A DNA stretch of 63,144 nt, filler included, from Reticulomyxa filosa (GCA_000512085.1; 16 parts of 16 records of this genome joined end to end with filler, not necessarily neighbours in it); one strand, 5' to 3'; positions 14,546-25,796 are shown, counted from the first letter of the whole stretch. Numbers and translations: made by a program. Notes: a model not told the origin generated them from the letters alone.

Positions 14546-15963
14546 CTAATGTGAATTTTTCTTGACTTTTTGTCCAGACGTCGAGTTCGAGGAAGTTGAT
14601 GAAAAGAAAGCGGGAGGCATAAAACCGTCACGACCAAACCATTGTGCGCGGGGTACATAGTTCCAGTATACGTACGGAAATATGTATCGCTTCAAATAAT
14701 AAAAGAACATTCTTGGCGTTCTTTGGTCGACGAATCTTCCAAAAGTTTCAGAGATTTGACCATCATATAAAAACTCGGCCAATATTAATTTTTTGTCACC
14801 AACAAAAATTGGACAACTGGCATATCCATCATACAACTCTTTGATCTCATGTTTGTTCCCAGTCATGACCTTCTCGAGATTGTGAACCAAAATCGGGCTT
14901 TGTGCAAACACTGCCGCGGCAGTTCGACTTGTAGGAAGGCTGGAGCAATCGCCCAACGAAAACACATTTTCAAAACGCGTGCTTTGCAATGTGTACTTAT
15001 GCACATCGACGTATCCAGCGTCATTGCTAAAGGAAGCTTTAGCAACACTCTCATGCGGTCTTTGAGGGGGAACGAGATGCAACATATCATAGGATTCAAT
15101 AATAACTTCGTTTTTGGAAGCTTTCGAACCAATTTTTTTGAAGTGCACTTTTTTTTTCTGGTCATCGACCTTTGTTACATCATATTCAAAATGCGGAGAT
15201 ATAGCCTTGCTCACTGCAGTTTGGTGAAGTTCATCTGAATATTTTTTATTCCGAACATTGCTGGCAACGTAGTAAAAAAATGGATGTCACACTCGTTTCG
15301 TATACCCTTACTGCGCATTGCTTCTTCACATAAATATACCCATTTTTGTGGTGCACCAGCGCATTTGATAGGCATTGGTGGTTGTGTGGCAATAATTTTT
15401 CCTCCTTTAAAGTTTGCACGCAATTGATTTATCTTCTTTGCGTACGTAAAATCATACATCGATCCTACACCACTTTGCGGGTCATTTAAAGCATCCACTG
15501 CTCCTTCGACCAGGTCATACCGAAGTTTATTGCCGCATGCCACAATCAAGTAATCGTACGTGTATGACTTCCCATTGCTCGTCATTACCTTGTTTTGGTT
15601 GGGGTCGAATTCAGTGATCTCGTCCGGTACCAGGTTTATTTGCTCGTCGAACACACTTGCAGCTGGACGATGCACCAATCCGGTAGACGTTCTTACTACG
15701 TCTTCTTCTTTGGATCCCAACAAACCCCCACTTACCATTGTAAACGCTGGTTGGTAGTAATGGGTTGCGCTTTTTTCAAAGACTGTTATGTCGCTTGCTT
15801 TTGCTACCAATTGCTTTCTCAGAATTAGAGCAGCCACTGCCATTCCACCAGTCCCTCCTCCTGCAATTATTACTCTTGAATTATAATTACGGCTTGAGAA
15901 TACCATACGTCGCCATCGTGTCCAAAGGTTACCCTTGTGTCTTATTCCAACTCGGCCCAACAT
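14546..15963 (-). CDS. SQOR: Sulfide:quinone oxidoreductase (type II, SQOR-like), intronless, one homopolymer frameshift at ~15245
   Basis: GGGTGG FAD-binding motif, HYYQPAFT, IKCAGAPQK, GDCSSLPTSRTAAA and YDGYASCP (both catalytic Cys). One extra A joins the two ORFs as FGIKKYSDEL. The Arg-rich N-terminus resembles a mitochondrial presequence. Confidence 0.93.
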
Positions 15964-17058
15964 CTCTTTTGTTGATAAAAGTTCGGACTCTTTTAACAAA
16001 TTCTGAACTTAAAGAAATATATATTTTTCGTCTTAGTTTCCTCTTTCGTTTAAAATTTCGCCAGAAAAATTTAGTGAGCAAGTAGTCTAGCATAAGAAGT
16101 GTGTAACACGAAAGGAACTTAGTTCCAAAAACAAACTTCAATAGAAAGAATGACTGCTAAATTGTTGAATGTCATCTTGAAATCTTTCCACTTATTTATT
16201 TGGATTGTATGGTGCATTTTTTGTACGTATGTTCTCTTGCACTTCGCCAAACATTAAACGTATTTTTTTTAAAAAAAGGTGGTGACGAAATGATAACTAC
16301 GAGACTGTCCAACAAACTCAATGATTGTAATGTTGTTCGAAAGAAATTTTAAACGGCAGAAGACATGCTGTTGAATTTTGATGAATGATGCTTTAGAAAA
16401 AAGCACAACGAGATATTGTAATTGCCAATATTAAACAATAACATGTAATGAAGATGACATTATAAGTTACATGATAATATACTGGACTGATAAGTCATCA
16501 TTGTTTCGAATGAGAAATAAAACAAAAAGTGAAAGGATTAGAAATTTGTCATTGAATTTTCCTTTTTCAATTAAAAAAAAATATGTTATCAAACAATTAA
16601 ATAAATAATTTTTTTTGTGTTTCGTACAAATCTCGTAATGATAATGTTTTTGATGAAAAAAGAGAAGCAGTCTATATTTACCATAACATGCCCATACACT
16701 AATATGATCTTACACAAGCCGCTTGCTCTTGATTTTACGGAAACTTCCTTTTTAGGGTAGTGCCAAACCTCATTACTAGTGTTAACAGCATAAGATTTAA
16801 CGGAAAAAACAAAAAGACAAAGCGATGTCACCGAGTAATTAGGATTCAAATATACTTGAATTACAATCTTTGACTTAAATAGAGAGAAGTGTAGATATTA
16901 CACTAAACTCATACGTCCAGCCTTAAGACCTTGGATAAATACAAGCAAACTGACACCTTTAGACAAATAGGCTCATTATCAATAACAAAGCAAAAGTAGC
17001 AATACATTACATAATCAATTGCAAATTTAAAAAAAAAAAAAAAATTGACACATTGATA

Positions 17059-17675
17059 TCACAATCCTGAAAGGCTTTCATCATCTCCATTTGATAATAA
17101 TTCGGCGAATCTGGATTTACTATTATTATTAAAGCGTGAATAACAAATGTGTATTGATTTGCAGCATTGAGAAGCAATCTCAACACCAGGCTGCACAAGA
17201 ATTAACAGAGCAAGGACAAACAATGCAGCTTGCACTTGATTGGTTGCAAATAAAGTTGAGTCGCGAATTTGAATATTATTCCAACACGCGGTGCGACCTA
17301 AAGACAGATCTAACGAAAGACTAAATTGAGTAGCTTCAGACAAGATAATGCAAACAATGGCTAATAATATCGGTAAAGGGACCTTTTCAATCTTTCTGTA
17401 GTCTCCTTCTTTGAATAGAATAAAGCTACCTAAATAGATCCACAGCAACATATGTACGACACTGACTCCCCATATACCGAAGAAGGTTGTGCAGCTATGT
17501 CTGTGCGGATAAGTGGCCACCGCAAGAAGGCTCACTCCTCCTGTATGCAAAAAGTTCAGTGCAAGGACCGGACCAATTCGAGAGCCAGTCAAATAATTTA
17601 TTTATGTCAACCAATCAAAAAAAAAAATTATATATATAAATATATATACGTACATATATATATATATATATGTAC

Positions 17676-17709
<34 letters not shown>

Positions 17710-18483
17710 GATCAAAACCAGAAGTAAAAAATAGCAACATCCAAAGTACGAAAAACAATCTCGAATATTTATACTTTTGAAGAAATCCTTCAAAGCCATC
17801 TAATTGTGGCTGCTCTTTAAAAGGAGAAACGCCCTCCAATCCAAACTTTACTTTTTTTTGGAGGAGTTGTTGAGGTCAGAGAACTGCATCAAGAATGTGT
17901 GCACTACACTTGCGGCAGGAATAAGGAGCAGAGCAAAGCCCACAACACCAATCATCATACTGTCGAACACGAGTTCGGTGTTAAAGGCAAAGTGCGATAG
18001 CGTCAGATATTCGTGACAGCTGTCCCATAACGATGATACGTATACTAAACAGAGGACATACGTGGACGACAGCAGAGCGTAAGACAAGTAAATAATGGCC
18101 GTTTGGAGTTGGGATTTCGGGTTCCCCCAGTTGATAAATTGCAAAATGCAAGCGGTAATAAATAAGAGTAGCGAAGAAAATTGAAATATGTTGAATATCC
18201 ACAGATCATCAGAACAATCTTTGCCACTCTTTGCTTTGTAATTGCGATTCAAAAAGATGTTTGCGCCGCTGCAAATTGCCGAAAATATCAATGTCGCTGC
18301 TGTCAAAGTCACGGAAAGCGCCGTCGCAAAGCGTGCCATTCCATTTGATATGAACCTTATATCACTATACATATTTACACTCAAAGGTCTTATCTCATCG
18401 ATTGATATGTTCTCGGATTGATGTGTTTCGATTTCACGATCATTCAATTTCTGTCGTATTTCTATCAATTCATCTCCTCGCAA
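17059..18483 (-). CDS. Multi-pass membrane protein of unknown function, multi-exon
   Basis: ORFs 17848-18483 and 17059-17592 each have several hydrophobic helices and are separated by a TA-repeat intron. Confidence 0.55.
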
Positions 18484-18651
18484 AGCCTTTGGATGTTTGT
18501 TTTGAATTGGAAGGAAAGAGGGGTTTTTTTTTTTTTTTTTTTTTTTTTTTTNNNNNNNNNNNNNNNNNNNNNNNNNNNNNNNNNNNNNNNNNNNNTTAAT
18601 TAATTAANNNNNNNNNNNNNNNNNNNNNNNNNNNNNNNNNNNNNNNNNNNN

Positions 18652-18811
18652 ACACGACATCATCTAGGTCGGATGACTCGGAAAACAAAAGTAGTCTCAA
18701 AATCAGAAGAAATGGCAAATGTAACTATAAAAATGTGGTGTGCTTTAACACAAGATGTCACGTTTAGCTATTTTCAAGCAAAAATCATAGCTATCTTTAG
18801 GTAAAGACTCT
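18652..18811 (+). mobile_element. IS1-family transposase 3' end (InsB-like) and right end
   Basis: Frame from 18652 reads TRHHLGRMTRKTKVVSKSEEM..FR*, matching the IS1 InsB C-terminal RHxLxRxxRKTxxxSKS motif. Confidence 0.8.
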
Positions 18812-18860
18812 CAATCAACCTTTAAATAGAGGAGTTGAAATTAAGGTGTTAAAATAATAT

Positions 18861-18889
18861 TTGCCTTTATTAAAGCTTAAGACTATCTT
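18861..18889 (+). promoter_or_regulatory. Candidate sigma70 promoter for ispB
   Basis: TTGCCT-N17-TATCTT about 50 bp upstream of the ATG. Confidence 0.35.
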
Positions 18890-18938
18890 GCATTCGGGGT
18901 AGATATTGTCTTACCCGAATGTTTTATAGTTTCTAAAT

Positions 18939-19932
18939 ATGTTGAATGTGAAAGAAAAATTAGATGCATTTGTTGCATTGAAGGATTTAGTTTCTATTGA
19001 GTTAGAGCAGGTTAATTCTCTGATACTTGAACATGCTAAAAGTCAGGTAGTTGAATTAATACCTACGATTACAGAATATATCACATCTTCTGGTGGTAAA
19101 AGGATTAGGTCAGTATTAACTTTAGTTTCTTCAAAACTTTTTAACACTCCGGAGAAAAATTACCATATTCTTTTAGCTACTGCGGTAGAATATATTCATA
19201 CTGCAACATTACTTCATGATGATGTAATCGATGAAAGTGAAGTTAGGAGGGGTAAACCTAGTTCTAATCATAAATGGGGAAATAAAGCCTCAATTTTAGT
19301 TGGCGATTATCTATTCAGTCAAGCATTCAAATTGATGGTTGAAACTAGATCATTAGCGGCTTTAAATCGTTAGCAAGATCTTCTGTAGTAATTTCAGAAG
19401 GTGAAGTATGGCAACTTTTAAATGTTGCCAATATGGATTTAACCGAGGAAGAATATTTAAAAGTAATAAATAAAAAACAGCTATTCTTTTTGCTGCTGCT
19501 TGTGAGGCAGGTGCTTTTATATCGCAAGCATCTAAGGAGCAAGTTGATGCTCTGTATAATTATGGACTTAATTTAGGAATGTCTTATCAAATAGTTGATG
19601 ACATATTAGATTATACTGCATCCAATCAATTATTTGGTAAATCAATAGGCAATGATTTTAAGGAAGGCAAAGTTACGCTGCCACTTATCATAGCTCTAAG
19701 ATCTTCCAAGCTGAGAGATGAATTAATAGGATTGATAAATAGTAATAATAACGCTGATAATTTTGAGAAAGTATTTAAAATATTAAAAGAAAATGATGCC
19801 TTTACAAAAGCATTAGCGATAGCCGAGAGATATGTAGAGGCAGGTATAAAAAGCTTGGATCTTCTACCAACTTCCAATATTAAAAGTAAACTTATTGATT
19901 TAATTCTAGAATTGAAATCTCGCGTTGCTTAA
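18939..19932 (+). CDS. ispB: Long-chain polyprenyl diphosphate synthase (two homopolymer frameshifts at ~19362 and ~19472)
   Basis: GGKRIR, IHTATLLHDDVID..RRG, GDYL, YQIVDDILD and GNDFKEGKVTLP motifs. Confidence 0.92.
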
Positions 19933-21808
19933 TCCTATTGCGAATTATTTTGATCAAATTAATTATTCCACCCAGAGCTATTATTAAGCCAGCTAACCAA
20001 TAAAATTCATCATAGGCTTATAATATATTCTTACATTTAAAAAACCTTTGGTATCTAATTCTCCACTCGCTATGTATAAATCATAGAACATACTGTGAAA
20101 GATATCGGATTCAGTAGTTTGTTGTTTTTCTACAGGAAAAAACCTAGTTTCTGGAATTAAGCGAGTTACCAATTTATTCTGCTGATAAATATGGAACTCA
20201 GCGTATCGGCTAAAGTAATTCTCATGCTTCAGTAAATCAATTTTGTATAAGTTGATTCTAAAATTTTTTAAATCAATGTTATCACCTAATCTCATCGGTT
20301 TTTCAATTTCATGCATATAAGCGGAATTTAAAGAAATAGCTAACACTAGTAATCCAAATCCTACATGACTTAGGAACATTGATAAAAATGATAAACTAAG
20401 AGAATGTAGGCGTGAATAAAAAAGAGACATCATCCCAATAATTAGCCATAGACTGAATAAACAACCTATAAACTCCTTAAAATGCGAATACCAATTGTTA
20501 TTAAAAATGATTACAGAAATCAATACGCTGATTACGAAAGGAAGTTTATTAATATTTAATAGCTTATTAAAGATAAATGATTTCCAATTTAACTGACTAC
20601 TTAAAAGAATAAAAGGTAAGAGAGTGATAGCTAAAGGGTCGATTAAAAGATTAAAGTATGGGGCACCTACTGAGACTTTAGAGCCATCCAAAACTTCAAT
20701 TAATGAAGGGTATAATGTTCCTAATATAACTATAAAAGCTGCAATTGATAAAAGATAATTGTTTATAAGGATAAAACTTTGTCTAGAGAGTAAAGCATAT
20801 TCAGAGTTATTAGAATTTATTTTAATAAACCGAATTCCGTAAAGAATAAAAAGCAGCTGAAGTAACGATTCCTACAAAAGTTAAAATAAACAAGCCTCTT
20901 TTAGGATCAGTGGCAAAAGAATGAACTGATGTAATTAAATTTGATCTTACTAAAAAAGTGCCGATCATACTCAAAGTAAAGGTCAATAAACTCAGCAATA
21001 AATTCCAATTTTTTGATTCTTCAAATTTATCGAGAATTATTAGAGAATGAATTAAGGCAGTAGAAGTTAACCAAGGCATTAGAGAAGAATTTTCAACTAC
21101 GTCCCAAAACCAAAATCCTCCCCACCCTAATTCTCTATATGCCCACCAACTACCAAAGCCGATTCCAATCGTTAAAAAAATCCAAGAGAGCATAACCCAA
21201 AACTTTATTAACTGAGCAAATGTTTTATTTATTTCTCCGATAATTAGGGTTGCTATAGCTGCACTATAAGCAACTGAAAAACCAACGTAACCCATATAAA
21301 GCATCGGAGGGTGCATTGCTAATCCAATATCCTGTAAGATCGGATTTAATCCAAAACCATTTAATGGAGCTGGAAAAATCCTTTGGAAAGGATTGGAAGT
21401 AAAAATTGTAAATGTTGTAATAAAAGTAGCTAATAGAGCCTGTACACATAGAGTGAATTTGTGTAGTTGTGTATAGCTTTGAGCTGAGTATGCAAATAGT
21501 GCGCTAAATATATTGATTGCGAATATCCAAAGTAACATTGATCCTTCATGATTTCCCCAAGCGCCAGAAATTTTATAAATTAAAGGTTTCGCACTATGTG
21601 AATTATTTACTACGTTTAAAACTGAAAAATCTGAAATCACATAACATACTATTAGAGAAAATAAGGAAAGCATCGAAAATGCAGCATTGCATACCCATAA
21701 GGCTCTTACATATTGAAATGGAATACTATATGCCAGCGGTGCAATCATTAACATGATGCTAACGGTGAGCGTTAAATATAAGAATAAATTTCCTAAGTCG
21801 GGATACAT
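19900..21808 (-). CDS. ccmF: Cytochrome c heme lyase CcmF (frameshifts at ~20845 and ~19998)
   Basis: WGNHEGSMLLW, HPPMLYMGY, WAYRELGWGGFWFWDVVENSSLMPW (WWD motif), SVHSFA, VGAPYFN and QTTE motifs. Confidence 0.95.
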
Positions 21809-21810
21809 TT

Positions 21811-23064
21811 TTAGGTTAACCCATCAACAATTTCCAATTGCGAATAATCTTCATAGGTTTCTTGTTTGCGTATTAAAACATCTTTTCCATTTTGAAGTAG
21901 CACTTCAGCTAATTTAGGTCTTAAGTTATAATTAGAAGACATTGAATATCCATAAGCTCCGGTTCCTAATATTGCAACTAAATCACCTTCTCTTACTCGA
22001 TTCAATTCACGGTTATGCGCAAAAAAATCACTGCTTTCACATACGGGCCCAACGATGTCATAATAGTCTTGGTGTTCGTCATTTATTTCAAGTGGCAAAA
22101 TCTTATGATATGCTTCATACAAACTTATTCGGATAAAATCATTCATTCCTGTATTTAGAATCAGAAATTTTTTATTTTTCGTTGTCTTGATATATTGCAC
22201 TTTTGCAATGATTATACCGCTATTACCAATTAGAAATCTTCCAGGTTCAAGTATAATTTTAATATTTAAAGTATGAGTGAGATCTTTAATTAACTTGGCA
22301 TAATCTGGAATGTTGATGGTATCTGCGTCGTTATAAGATATTCCAATCCCTCCCCCAAAATCTAAGGTTTTAATTTCAATCCCCAATTTAGAAGTGAAGT
22401 TTACCAGTTCTAACAACTTAGAAAAAGCTAATTTGAATGGTTTTATCGAGTTTATTTGTGAACCTATGTGTATGGAAAAACCCATAAAAGCTAAAGATGA
22501 AAATTGATTTAATGATACCAACAGATTTTTAGCTTCTTCAAAAATAATTCCAAATTTACTGTTCTCGTCTCCAGTAATTATATTTTTGTGAGTGCCAACG
22601 TCTATCTCAGGATTAACCCTAAGTGATATTGGAGCTATCATGCCTAGATTCTTAGCAATGTTATTGATTAAACGTAACTCACTTATTGATTCAACATTGA
22701 TTTGCTTGATGTTCTTTTCGAGGGAGTAAGTAATTTCTTCATGGCTTTTACCAACTCCTGAAAACACTATATTTTTGGACAATATACCAGAATCTAATGC
22801 TTTTCTGATCTCCCATCCCGAAACTGTATCTGCACCGGCTCCTAATTTACTTAAAACGTTAATTAAGGATCGATTTGAATTTGCTTTTAAAGCGTAAGCG
22901 ATAAGTGTTGGCTTAAAATTAAAAAGATTTTTTATTGCATTAAATTGATTTTCAATGTGATTTCCAAAATAACAATAAAAAGGCGTAGAATACTTTTTCG
23001 CGATATCAAATAAGCATAAATCATTATAATATAATAAATTATCCGTGTATCGAAAATTAGTCAT
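21811..23064 (-). CDS. lysA: Diaminopimelate decarboxylase
   Basis: YALKANS (PLP Lys), HIGSQ, DFGGG, EPGR, GPVCESSD and GAYG..MSSNYN motifs; 417 aa. Confidence 0.96.
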   Translation of the reverse strand: MTNFRYTDNLLYYNDLCLFDIAKKYSTPFYCYFGNHIENQFNAIKNLFNFKPTLIAYALKANSNRSLINVLSKLGAGADTVSGWEIRKALDSGILSKNIVFSGVGKSHEEITYSLEKNIKQINVESISELRLINNIAKNLGMIAPISLRVNPEIDVGTHKNIITGDENSKFGIIFEEAKNLLVSLNQFSSLAFMGFSIHIGSQINSIKPFKLAFSKLLELVNFTSKLGIEIKTLDFGGGIGISYNDADTINIPDYAKLIKDLTHTLNIKIILEPGRFLIGNSGIIIAKVQYIKTTKNKKFLILNTGMNDFIRISLYEAYHKILPLEINDEHQDYYDIVGPVCESSDFFAHNRELNRVREGDLVAILGTGAYGYSMSSNYNLRPKLAEVLLQNGKDVLIRKQETYEDYSQLEIVDGLT

Positions 23065-23267
23065 TTTAGAGTAAAAATATTTGTTTAAATTCTTGAAAAA
23101 TTATAGAATCTAATAAGTATATGATAAGGCATAAAAATGCTAGTTAAAGATTAGCATTTATTGGAAAAATTTTGGAGTTTTAAATTAATATTGTACTAAC
23201 CTTAACCATTTATCCTTTTATTAACTGTGAAATTATATAATAATCCATATTGTTATAGGAATGTAAA

Positions 23268-23741
23268 ATGAATGATTTTGATAAAAAATTAGAAAGTTTA
23301 GGTTATAAATTACCTATATTAGCAAATAATAAATCAGTGTTTAGGCCTTATATAATAAGTAATAATATAGTTTATATTTCTGGTCAGCTACCTTCGGGAT
23401 ACGGGTCTCTCGGCGACTATAAAGGTAAGCTAGGAGAAGAATTTAACGTTGAACAAGGTCAAAAAATAGCGAAATATTGTATACTTAATGTAATAGCTCA
23501 ATTAAAGAGTGCATGTAATGGAAATCTGGAAATGGTTAATAGATGTATTAAATTAACTGTGTTTGTAAATTCAACTCCTGAGTTTATTGATCAACCATTA
23601 ATTGCCCATGCTGCTTCAGAAATTATCAATAAAATATTTGATGAAAAAGGTGCTCATGCTAGATCAGCAGTTGGGGTCAGCCAACTTCCTTTTGGAGTCG
23701 CAGTAGAAATTGAAGCAATTTTTGAAATTAGAGTTAACTAA
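23268..23741 (+). CDS. RidA/YjgF family protein
   Basis: YISGQLP, GAHARSAVGVSQLPFGVAVEIE. Confidence 0.92.
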   Translation: MNDFDKKLESLGYKLPILANNKSVFRPYIISNNIVYISGQLPSGYGSLGDYKGKLGEEFNVEQGQKIAKYCILNVIAQLKSACNGNLEMVNRCIKLTVFVNSTPEFIDQPLIAHAASEIINKIFDEKGAHARSAVGVSQLPFGVAVEIEAIFEIRVN

Positions 23742-24632
23742 TTGCCGATAAATAATTTAAAAAATTTAGCAATTGTTCTATTAAAAATAAATTTAATAGC
23801 ACTGGCCTTTTATATCGTATTTCTTCAAATTGATATGAATAAATTGTGGTTTTACTTAAAGGAAGCTTCTTTAAGCTGTCTGTTTGTAGCCCTAATAGTA
23901 TCAGTAATATCATATATTTTTAGTGGATTAAGAAGCCAGTTTTATTTTGAAAAATATGGATTAAAGTTATTTAAAAAATTTGCTGTTGCCTTATATTTTT
24001 TGGGTAGCAGTTTTAATATTGTTCTACTAGGTGGTATTGGAGGGGATGGGTATAAAATTTTTTATCTATGGAAATTGGAGAAATTTTCGAAGATAAAATC
24101 ATTAAGAATCATATTTTACGAACGCGTTAATGGAGTGTACGTTTTAATACTTTTTGGTTTGATCTTTGCTTTTTTTAGTGATTTTGTGCATATCATACCT
24201 TACTTTACATATCTGATGACATTAGGTTTAATTACGGTCACTCCCGCTTATTTATTGGGCGCTAAATATATGATACGTGATAAAATTGATATAGCGGTAG
24301 GAGCTTTGAAATTCTCTTTTTTCGTACAATTAACTCAATATATTATGTATTCATTTATAATTATCGGTATTGAACCCACTCTCAGTTTTCACACTTGGAT
24401 AAATTTCGCCGTATTATTTGCTATATCTTCAATAGTTGCAATAATTCCCATTACAATCGGAGGAGCAGGATTAAGAGACTTAACTTTTTTATATGGAACG
24501 CAATTTATAAGTACTGAACATAAAGAATTAGGCATTGCAGTGTGTATTTTGATATTTACAATTTCTTCGATAAGCTGCTTGCCCGGCGTATTTTTTATAT
24601 ATAATATCAATTCCATGAAACGGAAATTTTAG
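23742..24632 (+). CDS. UPF0104 / lysylphosphatidylglycerol synthase TM-domain (flippase-like) membrane protein
   Basis: FNIVLLGGIGGDGYK, ER and PITIGGAGLRD motifs with multiple TM helices. Confidence 0.85.
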   Translation: MPINNLKNLAIVLLKINLIALAFYIVFLQIDMNKLWFYLKEASLSCLFVALIVSVISYIFSGLRSQFYFEKYGLKLFKKFAVALYFLGSSFNIVLLGGIGGDGYKIFYLWKLEKFSKIKSLRIIFYERVNGVYVLILFGLIFAFFSDFVHIIPYFTYLMTLGLITVTPAYLLGAKYMIRDKIDIAVGALKFSFFVQLTQYIMYSFIIIGIEPTLSFHTWINFAVLFAISSIVAIIPITIGGAGLRDLTFLYGTQFISTEHKELGIAVCILIFTISSISCLPGVFFIYNINSMKRKF

Positions 24633-24642
24633 AGAGGTTACA

Positions 24643-25142
24643 ATGGTAGCTTTACAAACGCCAAAGGCTGCAATTGGTTGGCAAGCGCCAAAGTTTAAGT
24701 TAATATCAGTTGATGGAAAATATTATTCCCCCGAAGATGTAAAAGGTATAAAGGGATTAGTAGTGATGTTTATTTGTAATCATTGTCCATATGTTAAGGC
24801 TATAATAACCAGATTGATTGCAGATATAAATGAATTACAAAAGGAAGGAATAGGTGCGATTGCCATTAGTTCAAATGATGTAAATGAATATCCAGAAGAT
24901 TCGTTCGAAAATATGAAGAAATTCGCTAGAGACCACCACTTCCCTTTTCTATATGTTTATGATGAATCTCAAGAAGTTGCAAAAGCATTCGATGCAGTAT
25001 GTACTCCAGATTTTTTTGGTTTTAATGCTAACTTAGCTTTACAATATCGTGGCAGATTTGACTCTTCGCAGAAAAATCCCAATTTAAATGGGAAACATGA
25101 ATTATTAGAAGCTATGAGAGAATAGCTAATACATCTATGTTT
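24643..25142 (+). CDS. Thioredoxin-family/AhpC-TSA redoxin, C-terminus probably cut by IS1
   Basis: FICNHCPYV, YPEDSFENM, DESQEVAKAFDAVCTPDFF and YRGRFD motifs. The usual terminal GCSIKW motif is absent. Confidence 0.9.
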
Positions 25143-25303
25143 GGGATTGCTACCTTAAAGATACATCAACAAGTCTTCTTCAAATAAGAAGACTATGGCT
25201 AATTTAACCATAGCTGGAGATTTTGAATAGCATCTTGACCAGCGCCTAAATCTAGCTAGATAATGCCTGACGTTGCAATTTATACTCTCAACTGTATATG
25301 TTC
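25143..25303 (-). mobile_element. Second IS1-family transposase 3' end with terminal inverted repeat
   Basis: The minus strand reads TYTVESINCNVRHYLARFRRWSRCYSKSPAMV..YL*. The element end GGGATTGCTACC resembles the IS1 terminus GGTGATGCTGCC. Confidence 0.85.
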
Positions 25304-25403
25304 NNNNNNNNNNNNNNNNNNNNNNNNNNNNNNNNNNNNNNNNNNNNTTAATTAATTAANNNNNNNNNNNNNNNNNNNNNNNNNNNNNNNNNNNNNNNNN
25401 NNN

Positions 25404-25612
25404 TCATCCCCTCTTCATCCCTCTTCATCACCTCTTCATTCCTCTTCCTCCCCTCTTCATTCCTCTTCCTCCCCTCTTCATTACTCTTCCTCCCCTCTTC
25501 ATTCCTCTTCATTATTCTTAATTTATCTTCAATATTTATTAATTCTTTATTATTCTTCATTGGTCTTTATTGCTATTCATTACTATTCATTGATCTTCAT
25601 TATTCTTCATTT
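25404..25612. repeat. CTTCAT-based minisatellite (~21-bp unit CCTCTTCCTCCCCTCTTCATT) decaying toward AT-rich variants
   Basis: Directly visible tandem units at the contig start. Confidence 0.85.
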
Positions 25613-25680
25613 TTTTTTATTGAATTCAATATTTTTTTATATTTGCGAGAAAAATCAATTTTATATCTTTGTTGGAAAAC

Positions 25681-25796
25681 TAAAAAAAAGCAAAGGAAGA
25701 CAAAAGCAAAAAGAAAAGGTTAAATTGGGCGGCGCCTGAGGCGCCGCCTTATTTAACCTTTTCTTTTTCGCTTTTCCCTTCCTTTGCTTTTTTTTA
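25681..25796. repeat. 116-bp imperfect palindrome with GC-rich core
   Basis: Arms taaaaaaaagcaaaggaag..aaaaagaaaaggttaaat..ggcggcgcct and aggcgccgcc..atttaaccttttcttttt..cttcctttgctttttttta, centred on 25738. Confidence 0.93.

Noticed and set aside
18652-25303. Bacterial genes as horizontal transfer into the host genome
   Set aside because: The contig is bacterial from end to end with no host-like flank or intron. A co-sequenced organism is simpler.
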